Part shown: one piece after another, positions 1 through 8,471 of the stretch | Layout: every line of letters begins with the position of its first letter | How positions within the stretch are numbered: position 1 is the stretch's first letter | Made by a program: the position numbers and the translations under genes | The notes under the pieces: generated by a model | What the model was told of the DNA's origin: nothing | What the model saw: the letters and a program-made list of their open reading frames with translations, nothing else | The model's database searches: none | DNA from: a virus | IMG/VR virus record: IMGVR_UViG_3300045988_134806 | Location: 1-64,000 of that record | DNA length: 64,000 nt | Strand: one strand, 5' to 3'

Positions 1-680
1 ATCCCGGCAAAGACGGAGAAAAAGGCGAACGCGGCGATAAAGGCGATAAAGGCGACAAGGGTGACCAAGGTGATCCCGGTGTTGTAGGCGCTCAGGGTCC
101 CAAAGGGGATAAGGGCGACAAAGGTGACAAAGGTGACAAAGGCGATATCGGCGAGACCGGTCCGCAAGGTCCTGCCGGCCCTCAAGGTGAAAAAGGTGAC
201 GCAGGCACAAGTTTCGAGCTCAAGGGCAGCTATGAAAGCGCAGATGCTTTAAAAGAAGCTTTTCCAACGGGCGACAAAGGTGCCTACCTCATCGGTTCTG
301 AAGCCTACGTTTGGGACGGCACACAGTGGGTGTCCGTGGGAGAGATTAAAGGCCCTAAAGGCGACAAAGGCGATACCGGTGAGGCCGGTCCGCAGGGTCT
401 TCCGGGCGAAAAAGGAGATATCGGACCGACAGGCCCGCAAGGTTTGCAAGGTCCGCAAGGTCCGCAGGGTCTCCCCGGCGAAAAAGGTGATATCGGACCG
501 GCAGGTCCGGAAGGCCCGCAGGGTCCTAAAGGCGATAAGGGTGAAAAAGGGGATACCGGACCGGAAGGTCCGCAAGGTCCGCAGGGAGAGAAAGGGGAGA
601 AGGGTGATCCCGGCGAACTCAATGCAATTATTACACCCGACCCCGTGGAAACATTTGAACAAGCATTAGGAGAACCGTAA
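1..680 (+). CDS. collagen-like tail fibre protein, 5'-truncated by window edge (codons start at nt 3)
   Basis: Frame is open from nt 3. Two Gly-X-Y blocks (nt 3-206 and 351-614) flank a globular motif [21 protein letters not shown]. Stop at 678-680. Track ORF 330..680 is its 3' part. Confidence 0.85.
   Translation, partial: PGKDGEKGERGDKGDKGDKGDQGDPGVVGAQGPKGDKGDKGDKGDKGDIGETGPQGPAGPQGEKGDAGTSFELKGSYESADALKEAFPTGDKGAYLIGSEAYVWDGTQWVSVGEIKGPKGDKGDTGEAGPQGLPGEKGDIGPTGPQGLQGPQGPQGLPGEKGDIGPAGPEGPQGPKGDKGEKGDTGPEGPQGPQGEKGEKGDPGELNAIITPDPVETFEQALGEP
3..614 (+). repeat. Gly-X-Y (collagen triple-helix) coding repeats, 9-nt periodicity
   Basis: Runs of ggcga(t/c)aaa units encode GDKGDKGDK and [13 protein letters not shown]. 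They create spurious ORFs in the other frames and on the opposite strand. Confidence 0.9.
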
Positions 681-681
681 A

Positions 682-1350
682 ATGGCTGAAACCGAAACTA
701 AAACACTTTCTGCTCAAATTAACGCTTTTGCTACCCGCGTAGGTACAGAAGTCAAGGCTGTTAAGAACCGTGTCACAACTGCCGAAGGCAAGATTTCCTC
801 CTTGGAAACCGCCGTTGGAAACATTACGACAGAGATCGAATCTAAGTCTGAGATTAACGACGCTGCTGTTGCGACAAACTCCACTTACTCTTCCAGCAAG
901 ATCGTTTCTGAAATCACTGCCGCCAAACAGTCTGTTAAGGACGACCTTCTGGACGGAGCCGGTGCCGCTTACGACACCCTGAAAGAACTGGGAGCTTTAA
1001 TTGACACCAACAGAGACGCCATCGACGCTCTTGAAGCCATTGCTGCCGGCCACGTCGTCTTTGACAAGGCTCAGTCCCTTACTGACCCCCAGAAAGCTCA
1101 GGCCCGCACCAACATCGGTGCTGCTTCCGCTGCTGAAGTTACAACGTTGTCCGGGAAAGTCACTGTCAATGAGCAGGCCATCGCTCTCAAGGCTTCTCAG
1201 GCCGACCTCGATACAGCCAATGGCAAGATTTCTACTAACGAGCAGGCTATTGCCCAAAAGGCTTCTAAGACAGAACTGTCTGCCCTGGAAGCTAAGATTG
1301 GTGATACCAATACCGACTTTGTAGCAACTTTCGAAGCTGCATTGGTTTAA
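682..1350 (+). CDS. tail fibre protein (coiled-coil, phage fibre repeat motifs)
   Basis: Contains [21 protein letters not shown] and [17 protein letters not shown], which are typical fibre motifs. Internal repeats NEQAIA(L/Q)KAS. Starts 1 nt after the collagen-like gene stop. Confidence 0.8.
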   Translation: MAETETKTLSAQINAFATRVGTEVKAVKNRVTTAEGKISSLETAVGNITTEIESKSEINDAAVATNSTYSSSKIVSEITAAKQSVKDDLLDGAGAAYDTLKELGALIDTNRDAIDALEAIAAGHVVFDKAQSLTDPQKAQARTNIGAASAAEVTTLSGKVTVNEQAIALKASQADLDTANGKISTNEQAIAQKASKTELSALEAKIGDTNTDFVATFEAALV

Positions 1351-1358
1351 TCTAAAAA

Positions 1359-1376
1359 GGAGGGGTTCGCCCCTCC
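1359..1376 (+). terminator. stem-loop GGAGGGG-TTCG-CCCCTCC between fibre genes (weak terminator or attenuator)
   Basis: Perfect 7-bp GC-rich stem with a 4-nt loop just after the stop at 1350. No strong T-run follows. Confidence 0.3.
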
Positions 1377-1395
1377 CTTATCAGGAGATAAAAAT

Positions 1396-1803
1396 ATGGC
1401 GGACGAACAAAAAACTCTTTCCGGGCAGATTAACAACTTGGCAACAAGGGTTGCGCAGGAAATTAAGACTGCGAAGGCTTTAATCCCGAACACGAGCGGG
1501 CTTGTTCCAAAATCCGGTAACCGAGGGGCACTGGCGGGCTATGAAACAGCGGTGAGTGCTGCTTATATTAACAGCGATTCTAGCGATGCAAATTATTCCG
1601 GCGCAAATGTGACGGTTGCAGACGGGGCCGGGGGTACCGCTTGGACAAAAACTGTCCTTCTGACGGGAGCCGTGTCGGTTACGTTAGGTTCTTCTTGGTC
1701 TTGGGCAGGCGGAGAGGTGCCGACGGTCACTGTTAACAGTGTACTCGTTCTCCATTGGTGCAGCAGCCACGGCATTGCAAGTGTTATTTCCCCGACAGCA
1801 TAA
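1396..1803 (+). CDS. short tail fibre / receptor-binding module
   Basis: N-terminus EQKTLSGQINNLATRVAQEIKTAK is paralogous to the N-terminus of ORF 682..1350 ([24 protein letters not shown]). The rest of the protein differs. Confidence 0.65.
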   Translation: MADEQKTLSGQINNLATRVAQEIKTAKALIPNTSGLVPKSGNRGALAGYETAVSAAYINSDSSDANYSGANVTVADGAGGTAWTKTVLLTGAVSVTLGSSWSWAGGEVPTVTVNSVLVLHWCSSHGIASVISPTA

Positions 1804-1813
1804 GAGGTGAGAA

Positions 1814-2188
1814 ATGATTAAGAAATACCTTTATAACTACAAAGAATATTCTTCTGAATACCAAGTCCGCCGAGCTGTTTGGGAGAACGAGCGCAAAGTT
1901 TTTGGTAAAGAACCGGACGAGGACCGCGAAGCGTTTTGGCTGAATTTAAACGTCGTCTATAAAGAAGAAGCCGACCCGGAAGTTCCCGAAGCAGTACTGG
2001 CCGCTCGCGCCAGAGATGAGCGCGATCGTTTGTTGGCTGAATCTGATTTTTATGTTATGCCTGACTATCCGAGCACCGAAGAAGGTCTTACTGAGGTCAA
2101 GGCGTATCGTCAGGCACTGAGGGACGTTCCTAATCAGGAAGGCTTCCCGCACAGTGTTGTGTGGCCTGTGAAACCTGAAGCGCTTTAA
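1814..2188 (+). CDS. tail fibre assembly chaperone-like protein
   Basis: C-terminal pattern RDRLLAESDFYVMPDY..EVKAYRQALRDVPNQEGFP..VVWP is typical of phage tail fibre assembly proteins. The gene lies directly after a fibre gene. Confidence 0.65.
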   Translation: MIKKYLYNYKEYSSEYQVRRAVWENERKVFGKEPDEDREAFWLNLNVVYKEEADPEVPEAVLAARARDERDRLLAESDFYVMPDYPSTEEGLTEVKAYRQALRDVPNQEGFPHSVVWPVKPEAL

Positions 2189-2189
2189 G

Positions 2190-2384
2190 ATGGTGGCGAT
2201 GCTGAACAGAGAGACGATGCTGACTGGGGGAAAGAAAAAAGCACAACTCCCAGTCACACTTGCAGTAGAAGAGCGTCTTAGCAGTAAGAACGGAGAATTT
2301 GGCTATCGTAACGATCCGGGCTTAAATATTGCTAGCTATGGAAAATTAGATAGAGTCCCATTGAGGGGAGACTGTTATGTTTAA
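2190..2384 (+). CDS. hypothetical protein (64 aa)
   Basis: ORF abuts the previous stop and overlaps the next start by 8 nt. No motif recognised. Confidence 0.4.
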   Translation: MVAMLNRETMLTGGKKKAQLPVTLAVEERLSSKNGEFGYRNDPGLNIASYGKLDRVPLRGDCYV

Positions 2385-2934
2385 TAAAGAGCTATTGTTT
2401 TCTTACAGAAAAAAGAAAACTATACGTGACATGCTGAAAACAGCCAATTTCTGGTTTAAATATTCTGGGTTTACCAGCGTACTAGAATACGGGATGTTTG
2501 ATACTTATTACACGATTACGCTAAATAATTTAACTGAAAAAAGTCAGTCATGCTCCGATATTGACTATAGCGGCCTTACAATATACCACCCAGATACGAA
2601 GGATATTATGTATGCACCGGTCTGTGCGTTATATAGTACAAACATAATCAAGGGCGATAATTATTATGGGGCCGTATTAATAGGTGACGTTTTTCGTTAT
2701 ACTTATACATCGGACGGAACATCGCTATATAGCTCCAGCACAAACCTTTACTGGTGCACGTCTAGAGATAATGATGCCACTCGGAAAGATAGCTATCGGC
2801 TAGCAAACTGGTTTAAAACAGTATATGGAGCAGGAACGTTTGGGGTTCCTGTTATCATGGCATTTTGGAAAGATGGCATTCCTGAAGATATAAAGACGTA
2901 CAAGACAAGTCTTGATGACTATCCAGATTGGTAG
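2377..2934 (+). CDS. hypothetical Tyr/Ser/Thr-rich protein (185 aa), AT-rich gene
   Basis: Long ORF with visibly lower GC than its flanks. No recognisable motif. Confidence 0.55.
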   Translation: MFNKELLFSYRKKKTIRDMLKTANFWFKYSGFTSVLEYGMFDTYYTITLNNLTEKSQSCSDIDYSGLTIYHPDTKDIMYAPVCALYSTNIIKGDNYYGAVLIGDVFRYTYTSDGTSLYSSSTNLYWCTSRDNDATRKDSYRLANWFKTVYGAGTFGVPVIMAFWKDGIPEDIKTYKTSLDDYPDW

Positions 2935-2983
2935 TACTCCTGAAACAAAAGTGGACAGCACATTTGTAAGGATTCGTAAAGAA

Positions 2984-3005
2984 CAGGGAGCTTGAAGGCT
3001 CCCTG
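2984..3005. terminator. bidirectional stem-loop between convergent genes
   Basis: CAGGGAGC-ttgaag-GCTCCCTG forms an 8-bp stem between the + gene ending at 2934 and the - gene ending at 3022. Confidence 0.5.
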
Positions 3006-3021
3006 AAGGTTTGTTAGAAGT

Positions 3022-3576
3022 TCAATGATGTTTTCCTAAGTCCGGGCCTCCGCCATGGCATTCCCATCCTGAACCATGATGACTCAATACACTTTTCCAA
3101 GAACTTGCGTACCCGCCAAGGTGGAACCCTTTCATAAAATTAGAATGATTTTTTGTTCTTACATTTTCTACCTCTATCCCCGGTCGTATTTTAGTTATCG
3201 TCTTTTGGGTTGAAGAAAACAACGTATGTTTAGTAGACCTCTTTTTCTGTTTAGTGCTTTTTTGGGAGTGGTGTGAGGACTTCACTACTATCTTGGCGTT
3301 CAAAAAGCTAGTAGGTTCAACATAAACTACTTTTACGCAAAGTATCCTCTCCTCTATGCATAAAGAGAGACCTAAGTTTTCCCCCTCTTTTTCAGGTATG
3401 TTAAGTGATGGTATGCATATTTTGACTGGTACCATGTTGAGCTCAAGCATGGTTCTTCCAGCAAGTTTTTTAGGAATTTGATGGCATCGACGAAGCTTTC
3501 CAAAGGGAAGAACATCGGTAATGACAGTGTTCGAAGGAGAGAAAAACTTAATGGGGAAGATGCCGAGGATTTTCAT
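3022..3576 (-). CDS. hypothetical protein (184 aa), opposite-strand cargo gene
   Basis: Long AT-rich ORF on the minus strand inside the rightward late region. Basic middle segment. No confident motif. Confidence 0.5.
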   Translation of the reverse strand: MKILGIFPIKFFSPSNTVITDVLPFGKLRRCHQIPKKLAGRTMLELNMVPVKICIPSLNIPEKEGENLGLSLCIEERILCVKVVYVEPTSFLNAKIVVKSSHHSQKSTKQKKRSTKHTLFSSTQKTITKIRPGIEVENVRTKNHSNFMKGFHLGGYASSWKSVLSHHGSGWECHGGGPDLGKHH

Positions 3577-3899
3577 TTCTTTTGGGACTGTTTATAAGAG
3601 TAAAACACAATTGCGCCTTCAATGAGAATCGGGACCCATAACACCCTTTCTTTCCAGCATTGATAAATGATTAAGGCCTGAGCGGCACTTAAAAAGAGCA
3701 GAGTTATTCCTTGGTCCCACGCAAATTTAGAAACTAAATAATTGCCTACGATAGGGACGATAAAAAGGGAGATTCCAATGATCAACAAGGCTCCGATAAG
3801 GATTCCTGTAGGATCATGCCCTGAATACCCTTGCCCATAGTAGTAACCGGCAGAGCAGGCGGCTGAGTAAAACAGCAGAAGAGGTAGTAACTTTTGCAT
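3573..3899 (-). CDS. small integral membrane protein (about 3 TM segments)
   Basis: Hydrophobic stretches LLPLLLFYSAACSA, ILIGALLIIGISLFIVPIV and ITLLFLSAAQALIIY. Its stop overlaps the downstream start by 4 nt (co-oriented pair). Confidence 0.6.
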   Translation of the reverse strand: MQKLLPLLLFYSAACSAGYYYGQGYSGHDPTGILIGALLIIGISLFIVPIVGNYLVSKFAWDQGITLLFLSAAQALIIYQCWKERVLWVPILIEGAIVFYSYKQSQKK

Positions 3900-4072
3900 A
3901 GTTTTCTCCTGTAACTAACTACTATCTTAACAAATCGTTACATAGGACTTTCCCGAGGGTGATCCCCTTAATAAGGCTATTTTTATCGTTTTCCCTATGC
4001 TCGTGCATACGTTACCTCAATACTTGAGACTAAATAATTTCAGGCCGATAAAATTATTGATTATCTGCAAGG

Positions 4073-4381
4073 TTGGAAATTATGCTGGATAAAGATCCAC
4101 AATCTCTGAGCCTGTTTCACACTGCACTCGCTGCCGGAATGATGCTCTTAGGCGGCGGGCTTCGTCATGTCCAAAAAGTGATTGAAGGCAAGCCTTTCAG
4201 CTTCCGTGAATTTTTATTTGAGCTTTGCTCCAGCTTATTTGTCGGAATGGTTTTTTACCTGATTGCACGAGGCTTAAGCACCCCCGAATTTGTTTCCGTG
4301 GGAATTTCGGCTGCGATGTCGTACTTCGGCACTAAAGCTTTGACGCTGATTTACAAACAGGCAGAAAAGAGGAGCGAGTAA
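4073..4381 (+). CDS. holin (class I-like, 3 predicted TM segments)
   Basis: 102 aa with three hydrophobic segments and a charged C-terminus (KQAEKRSE). First gene of the lysis cassette. The track start is TTG; ATG at 4082 is an alternative start. Confidence 0.6.
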   Translation: MEIMLDKDPQSLSLFHTALAAGMMLLGGGLRHVQKVIEGKPFSFREFLFELCSSLFVGMVFYLIARGLSTPEFVSVGISAAMSYFGTKALTLIYKQAEKRSE

Positions 4382-4866
4382 TGGACCTAAGAACGATTCT
4401 TAAAAACTTATGGCTGGCAATTACAGTGTTCGCGTTTTTCTGCGGGGGTTACTTCATAGCAAGCCAGCATTACAAAGAGGTCATCGTCGTTAAAGAAAGA
4501 CGGTTTGCTCAAGAATGCGCGAGAGTCAAGGCAGAAGCCGATCTAAAGATCGAGCATTTCCAAAGAGAAGCCGCAGAGCAGGCTAACGAGGCGGTCCTAG
4601 AGCAGCAGAGAAAGAGCAGAGAGAGGGAAAATGAAATCTATAAGGAGATGGCAGCTTTACAGCGCAGGTTTTCTGATAATCGAACTCTTATTAAGCAGCT
4701 GCACGAGTCCCAAGCCAGTTTATGTAGCCGAGGAGTTCTCCCCGCTGACACCTGTCAGCGTCATCTCAGAGCGTGCGAAAAGCTCTTGGCAGAGGGAGCA
4801 GAAGTGGTTGGAGGAAGTATCGAGGTACTTCAAGAATCGAGCATCATCACAGGAGCAGGTAAATGA
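4381..4866 (+). CDS. i-spanin (Rz-like)
   Basis: N-terminal TM segment LWLAITVFAFFCGGYFIA followed by a charged coiled-coil region. Contains the o-spanin ORF in the +1 frame. Confidence 0.7.
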   Translation: MDLRTILKNLWLAITVFAFFCGGYFIASQHYKEVIVVKERRFAQECARVKAEADLKIEHFQREAAEQANEAVLEQQRKSRERENEIYKEMAALQRRFSDNRTLIKQLHESQASLCSRGVLPADTCQRHLRACEKLLAEGAEVVGGSIEVLQESSIITGAGK

Positions 4867-4870
4867 GTGA
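4631..4870 (+). CDS. o-spanin (Rz1-like outer-membrane lipoprotein), overlapped architecture
   Basis: Signal peptide with lipobox LLSSC followed by Pro-containing mature sequence. Starts inside the i-spanin gene in another frame and ends 4 nt beyond it. Confidence 0.75.
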   Translation: MKSIRRWQLYSAGFLIIELLLSSCTSPKPVYVAEEFSPLTPVSVISERAKSSWQREQKWLEEVSRYFKNRASSQEQVNE

Positions 4871-5351
4871 AATTTTCAGACTTCCGAGCGAGTTCAACCC
4901 GGACACAGCGAAGAATTTTATTAAAGTTGCCGAAGGCTTAAGACTTCAGGCCTATCAATGTACAGCGGGTCGTTGGACCATTGGTTACGGACATGCCCGC
5001 GGCGTAAAAAAAGGCGACCGGATCACTGAGGAAGAAGCCGAACGTATTTTGGACAAAGATCTAAAAGAGTGTCATCGTGCTGTTTGCAGGCACGTCAAAC
5101 AATGTACTGAAGGTCAGTACATCGCCCTGATGAGCTTTGTCTTCAATTTTGGAGCTAACAGCTTTTCGAGTTCTACCTTGCTCAAGCTCCATAACGCAGA
5201 AGTGTACGAGACTGCTGCTGACCAGTTCGAACGATGGATTTACTCCACTGATCCGAAGACCGGCAAAAAAGGGCCGGATTCCCGCTTAATCCCGCGCAGA
5301 CGCGAAGAGAAAAAACAATATCTGAGAGGTTTGGTATGCAAGTTGAGCTGA
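4863..5351 (+). CDS. endolysin, GH24 (T4/lambda-type lysozyme family)
   Basis: Motif VAEGLRLQAYQCTAGRWTIGYGH, then ..QYIALMSFVFNFG..F..STLL, matches the phage lysozyme fold signature. Confidence 0.85.
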   Translation: MSEIFRLPSEFNPDTAKNFIKVAEGLRLQAYQCTAGRWTIGYGHARGVKKGDRITEEEAERILDKDLKECHRAVCRHVKQCTEGQYIALMSFVFNFGANSFSSSTLLKLHNAEVYETAADQFERWIYSTDPKTGKKGPDSRLIPRRREEKKQYLRGLVCKLS

Positions 5352-5587
5352 TTAAATGGGTTGACACTTTTGGATGCCCTCCCGGATGGGAGTTCGAAGA
5401 CGAGGTCGAATTTAAAGTGACTGAGGTTGTCTCCGTCGGTTTTATTAAGGATGAGGACGAAAGAATGGTTGTGCTTGTTCCGCACATGAGCAGCGCAGGT
5501 AGAAAACAAATTGCAGGACATATCTGTATCCCCCAACAGCAGATTATTGAGAGAAAGATACTTGCCTCCTTCCCCTCTATTTCCTGA
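5336..5587 (+). CDS. hypothetical protein (83 aa)
   Basis: ORF preceded by GAGAGG 7 nt upstream of its ATG. Overlaps the endolysin 3' end. Confidence 0.5.
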   Translation: MQVELIKWVDTFGCPPGWEFEDEVEFKVTEVVSVGFIKDEDERMVVLVPHMSSAGRKQIAGHICIPQQQIIERKILASFPSIS

Positions 5588-5597
5588 GAGGTTTGGT

Positions 5598-5840
5598 ATG
5601 AAGAAATACAACGATGACTATTCAAGCGAAGAATTACGAGACTTGATCGACGAAGAACTTGCGGACGCGTCCGACGGCTCGGCCTTTATTGCCACAGCTT
5701 TCGATGAAGATGAAGAGCCTGTCCTCGTGGTAGGTGTCAAAGATGCCGGTCGCGTCGGAACCGCCGTGGTAAATCTCACGGAAGGGCTTTTGAAAGAGTG
5801 GTGTGCCAACCTCGGGTACCACGTTGAGAGGGTGCAATGA
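5598..5840 (+). CDS. hypothetical acidic protein (80 aa)
   Basis: ATG at 5598 is preceded by the same 17-nt junction CTGAGAGGTTTGGTATG found at 5322-5338. The track ORF begins upstream at 5511. Confidence 0.55.
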   Translation: MKKYNDDYSSEELRDLIDEELADASDGSAFIATAFDEDEEPVLVVGVKDAGRVGTAVVNLTEGLLKEWCANLGYHVERVQ

Positions 5841-6283
5841 GCAGGATCGTTTCCGGCAGAGGCGGTCCGGTTTTGAAGTGGCTGGACAGCCGAATTTTTA
5901 CTCAGGATCACTTCCCGGAGGACACTACTTGGATTGCCCTCATAGATGAGTGTACCGGCGGGATTCTCGGTGCTACCTGCTTCACGGATTACCGTGGCTC
6001 TTGCATTTCCATGCACTTCGCAGGCGCAAAACGTGGGTGGCTTACAAGAAGGTTCATCCAGACTTGTTTCAACTACGTGTTTAACGAGCTCGGCTGCCGC
6101 CGGGCTGTTGGCTTGGTAAGGAAAGACAACTTAAAGGCGCTCATTACCGACATCAAGCTTGGATTCACCGTGGAGTGCCTGATGAGAGAAGCCGATGACG
6201 ACGGACAAGATATGTATTTACTTTCTATGCTAAGGGATGAATGTAAATGGCTGCCGAAGGCTGGGACTGGTAAGGAGGAATAA
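5837..6283 (+). CDS. GNAT-family N-acetyltransferase-like protein
   Basis: 148 aa. Segment FIQTCFNYVFNELGCRRAVGLVRKDNLKALITDIKLGF resembles the GNAT acetyl-CoA-binding core. Weak call made by eye. Confidence 0.5.
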   Translation: MSRIVSGRGGPVLKWLDSRIFTQDHFPEDTTWIALIDECTGGILGATCFTDYRGSCISMHFAGAKRGWLTRRFIQTCFNYVFNELGCRRAVGLVRKDNLKALITDIKLGFTVECLMREADDDGQDMYLLSMLRDECKWLPKAGTGKEE

Positions 6284-7186
6284 ATGGGAAAGAAAAGTAG
6301 CAGCTCAGCACCGTCTATTCCGAAAGAAATCGGAATAGCCCAAATGAAAATGGCCGAAACGGCCGAAGCTCAGCAGAAGTGGATGGAAGAGACGATTATG
6401 CCGTGGTACATGGAGTCCACGGAGAAGCAAAATGCTCTTCAGGAAAAACTGACAAATCAATATCTCTCAGACTCGGAATGGTATCGAAAGTTTACGACAG
6501 AGCAAACGGATAAAGCTAATGCGATCCGAGACGAATATTACGACCACTGGAAGAATGACTACAAGCCTATTGAACAGGGTTTGATTGATAAAGCAATTAA
6601 ATTCAACGAGCCAGCCTATGCTGAGCAACAAGCCCAAGCCGCCATCGGAGACGTAGCAAGTCAATATGCGAACCAGCGTCAGCAGACGGCTATGAATATG
6701 AGCAAATACGGCATCGACCCTAGCTCAGGCGCGTTCATGGGTCAGATGAACGCTCTCGGCATCAACCAGTCGGCAGCAACGGCAGCAGCTTCCAATGCGG
6801 CTCGTCAGGCGGCGGTCCAGTTAGGCTGGGATAAGAGTCTTCAGCTTGCGAACCTCGGAGTCCAATATGCGGGCATTACTAACAATGCCACTTCAGGGGT
6901 CAACCAAACAGTCGGGACGGGTAGTTCTGCTGTTAATAATTCTATGGGCGGCGCGTCCAATAGCTCCACTCAGCAGTTACAGAACATCGGTGGTTTAGCA
7001 ACTACGGGCCTTCAGAGCTATCAGACCCTCAGCAATGCTTGGGGAAGCTATGGACAACTTGCGAACCAAACTTACCAGAATCAGCTCTCTGCTTGGCAGG
7101 CTCAGCAGCAGGCGAGGTCGAACAGCTCAGCAGGTATTGGTTCTTTAGTCGGATCGGTAGCAACAACAGCAGCGGTGGCGTTCTAA
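6284..7186 (+). CDS. putative internal virion / ejection protein (Gln/Ala/Ser/Asn-rich)
   Basis: 300 aa with a low-complexity Q/N/S/A-rich C-terminal half and a hydrophobic tail. Function is inferred from position only. Confidence 0.45.
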   Translation: MGKKSSSSAPSIPKEIGIAQMKMAETAEAQQKWMEETIMPWYMESTEKQNALQEKLTNQYLSDSEWYRKFTTEQTDKANAIRDEYYDHWKNDYKPIEQGLIDKAIKFNEPAYAEQQAQAAIGDVASQYANQRQQTAMNMSKYGIDPSSGAFMGQMNALGINQSAATAAASNAARQAAVQLGWDKSLQLANLGVQYAGITNNATSGVNQTVGTGSSAVNNSMGGASNSSTQQLQNIGGLATTGLQSYQTLSNAWGSYGQLANQTYQNQLSAWQAQQQARSNSSAGIGSLVGSVATTAAVAF

Positions 7187-7752
7187 TGGAAAAAGAAATT
7201 TGGAAAGACATCAAAGGGTACGAAGGCCTTTATCAGGTGAGCAATCTCGGCCGAGTAAAGAGCCTTGAGAAAACAGTTCCTCATCCCACGGCTAAGTCTG
7301 GTTTCTGGACACTTCCTGAAAAGCTGAAGAGCCTTACTTGGAATAAGAAGATCAAATACTTCTACGTGACACTCAGTAAGAAAGATCATAAAAAGCTTTT
7401 TTCTGTCCACAGATTGGTTGCGGCGGCTTTCTGTGAGCACCCGGAAGGGAAAGATCAGGTTGACCACATCAATGGGGATCGAAGAGATAACCGAGCTTCC
7501 AACCTTAGATGGTGTACTGGCAAAGAAAATACAAACAATCCAGTGACTCGGCTTAGAGGTGCGGCTAATAGGAGCTATAGAAGGGGGTCTATCCATCCAA
7601 ACGCTTCGGCTGTTATCAATCGTCAAACCGGTGAACGTTTTGGCTCAATGGTAGAGGCTGCGGCGGTTTATGGCATTTCCGACAAAGTCATTTGTAATTC
7701 TGCAAGAACAGGTTGCAGAGGCGGCGGTTTCAACTGGGAGTACGCAAAATGA
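7186..7752 (+). CDS. free-standing HNH homing endonuclease (NUMOD4 + HNH_3 type)
   Basis: MEKEIWKDIKGYEGLYQVSNLGRVKSL is a NUMOD4-like motif. VDHINGDRRDNRASNLRWCTGKENTNN is an HNH motif. The start overlaps the upstream stop (TAATG). Confidence 0.85.
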   Translation: MEKEIWKDIKGYEGLYQVSNLGRVKSLEKTVPHPTAKSGFWTLPEKLKSLTWNKKIKYFYVTLSKKDHKKLFSVHRLVAAAFCEHPEGKDQVDHINGDRRDNRASNLRWCTGKENTNNPVTRLRGAANRSYRRGSIHPNASAVINRQTGERFGSMVEAAAVYGISDKVICNSARTGCRGGGFNWEYAK

Positions 7753-8471
7753 TCGAAGAGATTTTTCAACGACATAAGGAGGTGGTCCTGTTCTATAGCG
7801 GAGGCAAGGATTCGTTGGCCTTGCTTCTGCTGCTCAAGCCTTATTGGGAGAGAGTTACTGTTGTCTGGGTTGATACCGGAAATCAGTTCCCGGAAGTTTT
7901 AGAACACATGGCTAAGGTAGCGGCCTTAGTTCCGCACTTCATAAAGCTTAAAGGCGACACCCCGGGTTTCTTGGCAAAGAACGGATTTCCTGTTGATGTC
8001 GTTCCGACGAGGGCGACAACCTTCGGTCAGTTTGCTTTCGGTCCTACTCAGACGACTGTTTGCAATAGGTTTGAATGCTGCAATGCAAATTTATGGGGAC
8101 CTATGCAGGCTTTTCTTTTTGCGACCAAGCCTACGTGCGTTCTTAGAGCAGATCGTCAGACAGAACGAGTCAAAGGCCCGAGCCAAGAAAACGGGATCGA
8201 GTTTTGTTTCCCTATTTGGCGATGGACTGACGAGCAGGTTTGGGAGTTTCTCAGGCTGGAAGCCGGTGACCTCCTACAGGATCGGCATTTTATGAAACAC
8301 GGAACTTCTTTGGATTGCCAGACTTGTATGGCCTACAACGAAGAAATCCCGGAGCGGTTGGAATATTTGGCAGCACATCATCCGAAGCTGCACGAACAAA
8401 CAGTGACGTTCTTTAAAAGCTACAAGAGCTTAGTTGCGTCTGAACTTGAAAAATTAGGGGTGTTGAAATGA
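7749..8471 (+). CDS. PAPS reductase-like PP-loop ATPase family protein
   Basis: PP-loop motif FYSGGKDSLALL near the N-terminus and a C-terminal Cys pair (DCQTC). ATGA overlap with the HNH gene. Confidence 0.75.
   Translation: MIEEIFQRHKEVVLFYSGGKDSLALLLLLKPYWERVTVVWVDTGNQFPEVLEHMAKVAALVPHFIKLKGDTPGFLAKNGFPVDVVPTRATTFGQFAFGPTQTTVCNRFECCNANLWGPMQAFLFATKPTCVLRADRQTERVKGPSQENGIEFCFPIWRWTDEQVWEFLRLEAGDLLQDRHFMKHGTSLDCQTCMAYNEEIPERLEYLAAHHPKLHEQTVTFFKSYKSLVASELEKLGVLK

Noticed and set aside
249-669. Track ORFs 249..662(-), 305..622(-) and 280..669(+) overlapping the collagen-like gene
   Set aside because: They are frame and strand shadows of the 9-nt Gly-X-Y repeat (Pro/Ser/Gly or Arg/Lys-rich low complexity). 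The GXY frame is continuous from the window edge and is the plausible gene.
4381-4870. Out-of-frame overlapping gene pair as a novel dual-coding locus
   Set aside because: This is the well-known Rz/Rz1 overlapped spanin architecture (TM plus coiled-coil protein containing a lipobox lipoprotein ORF). It is a feature, not a novelty.
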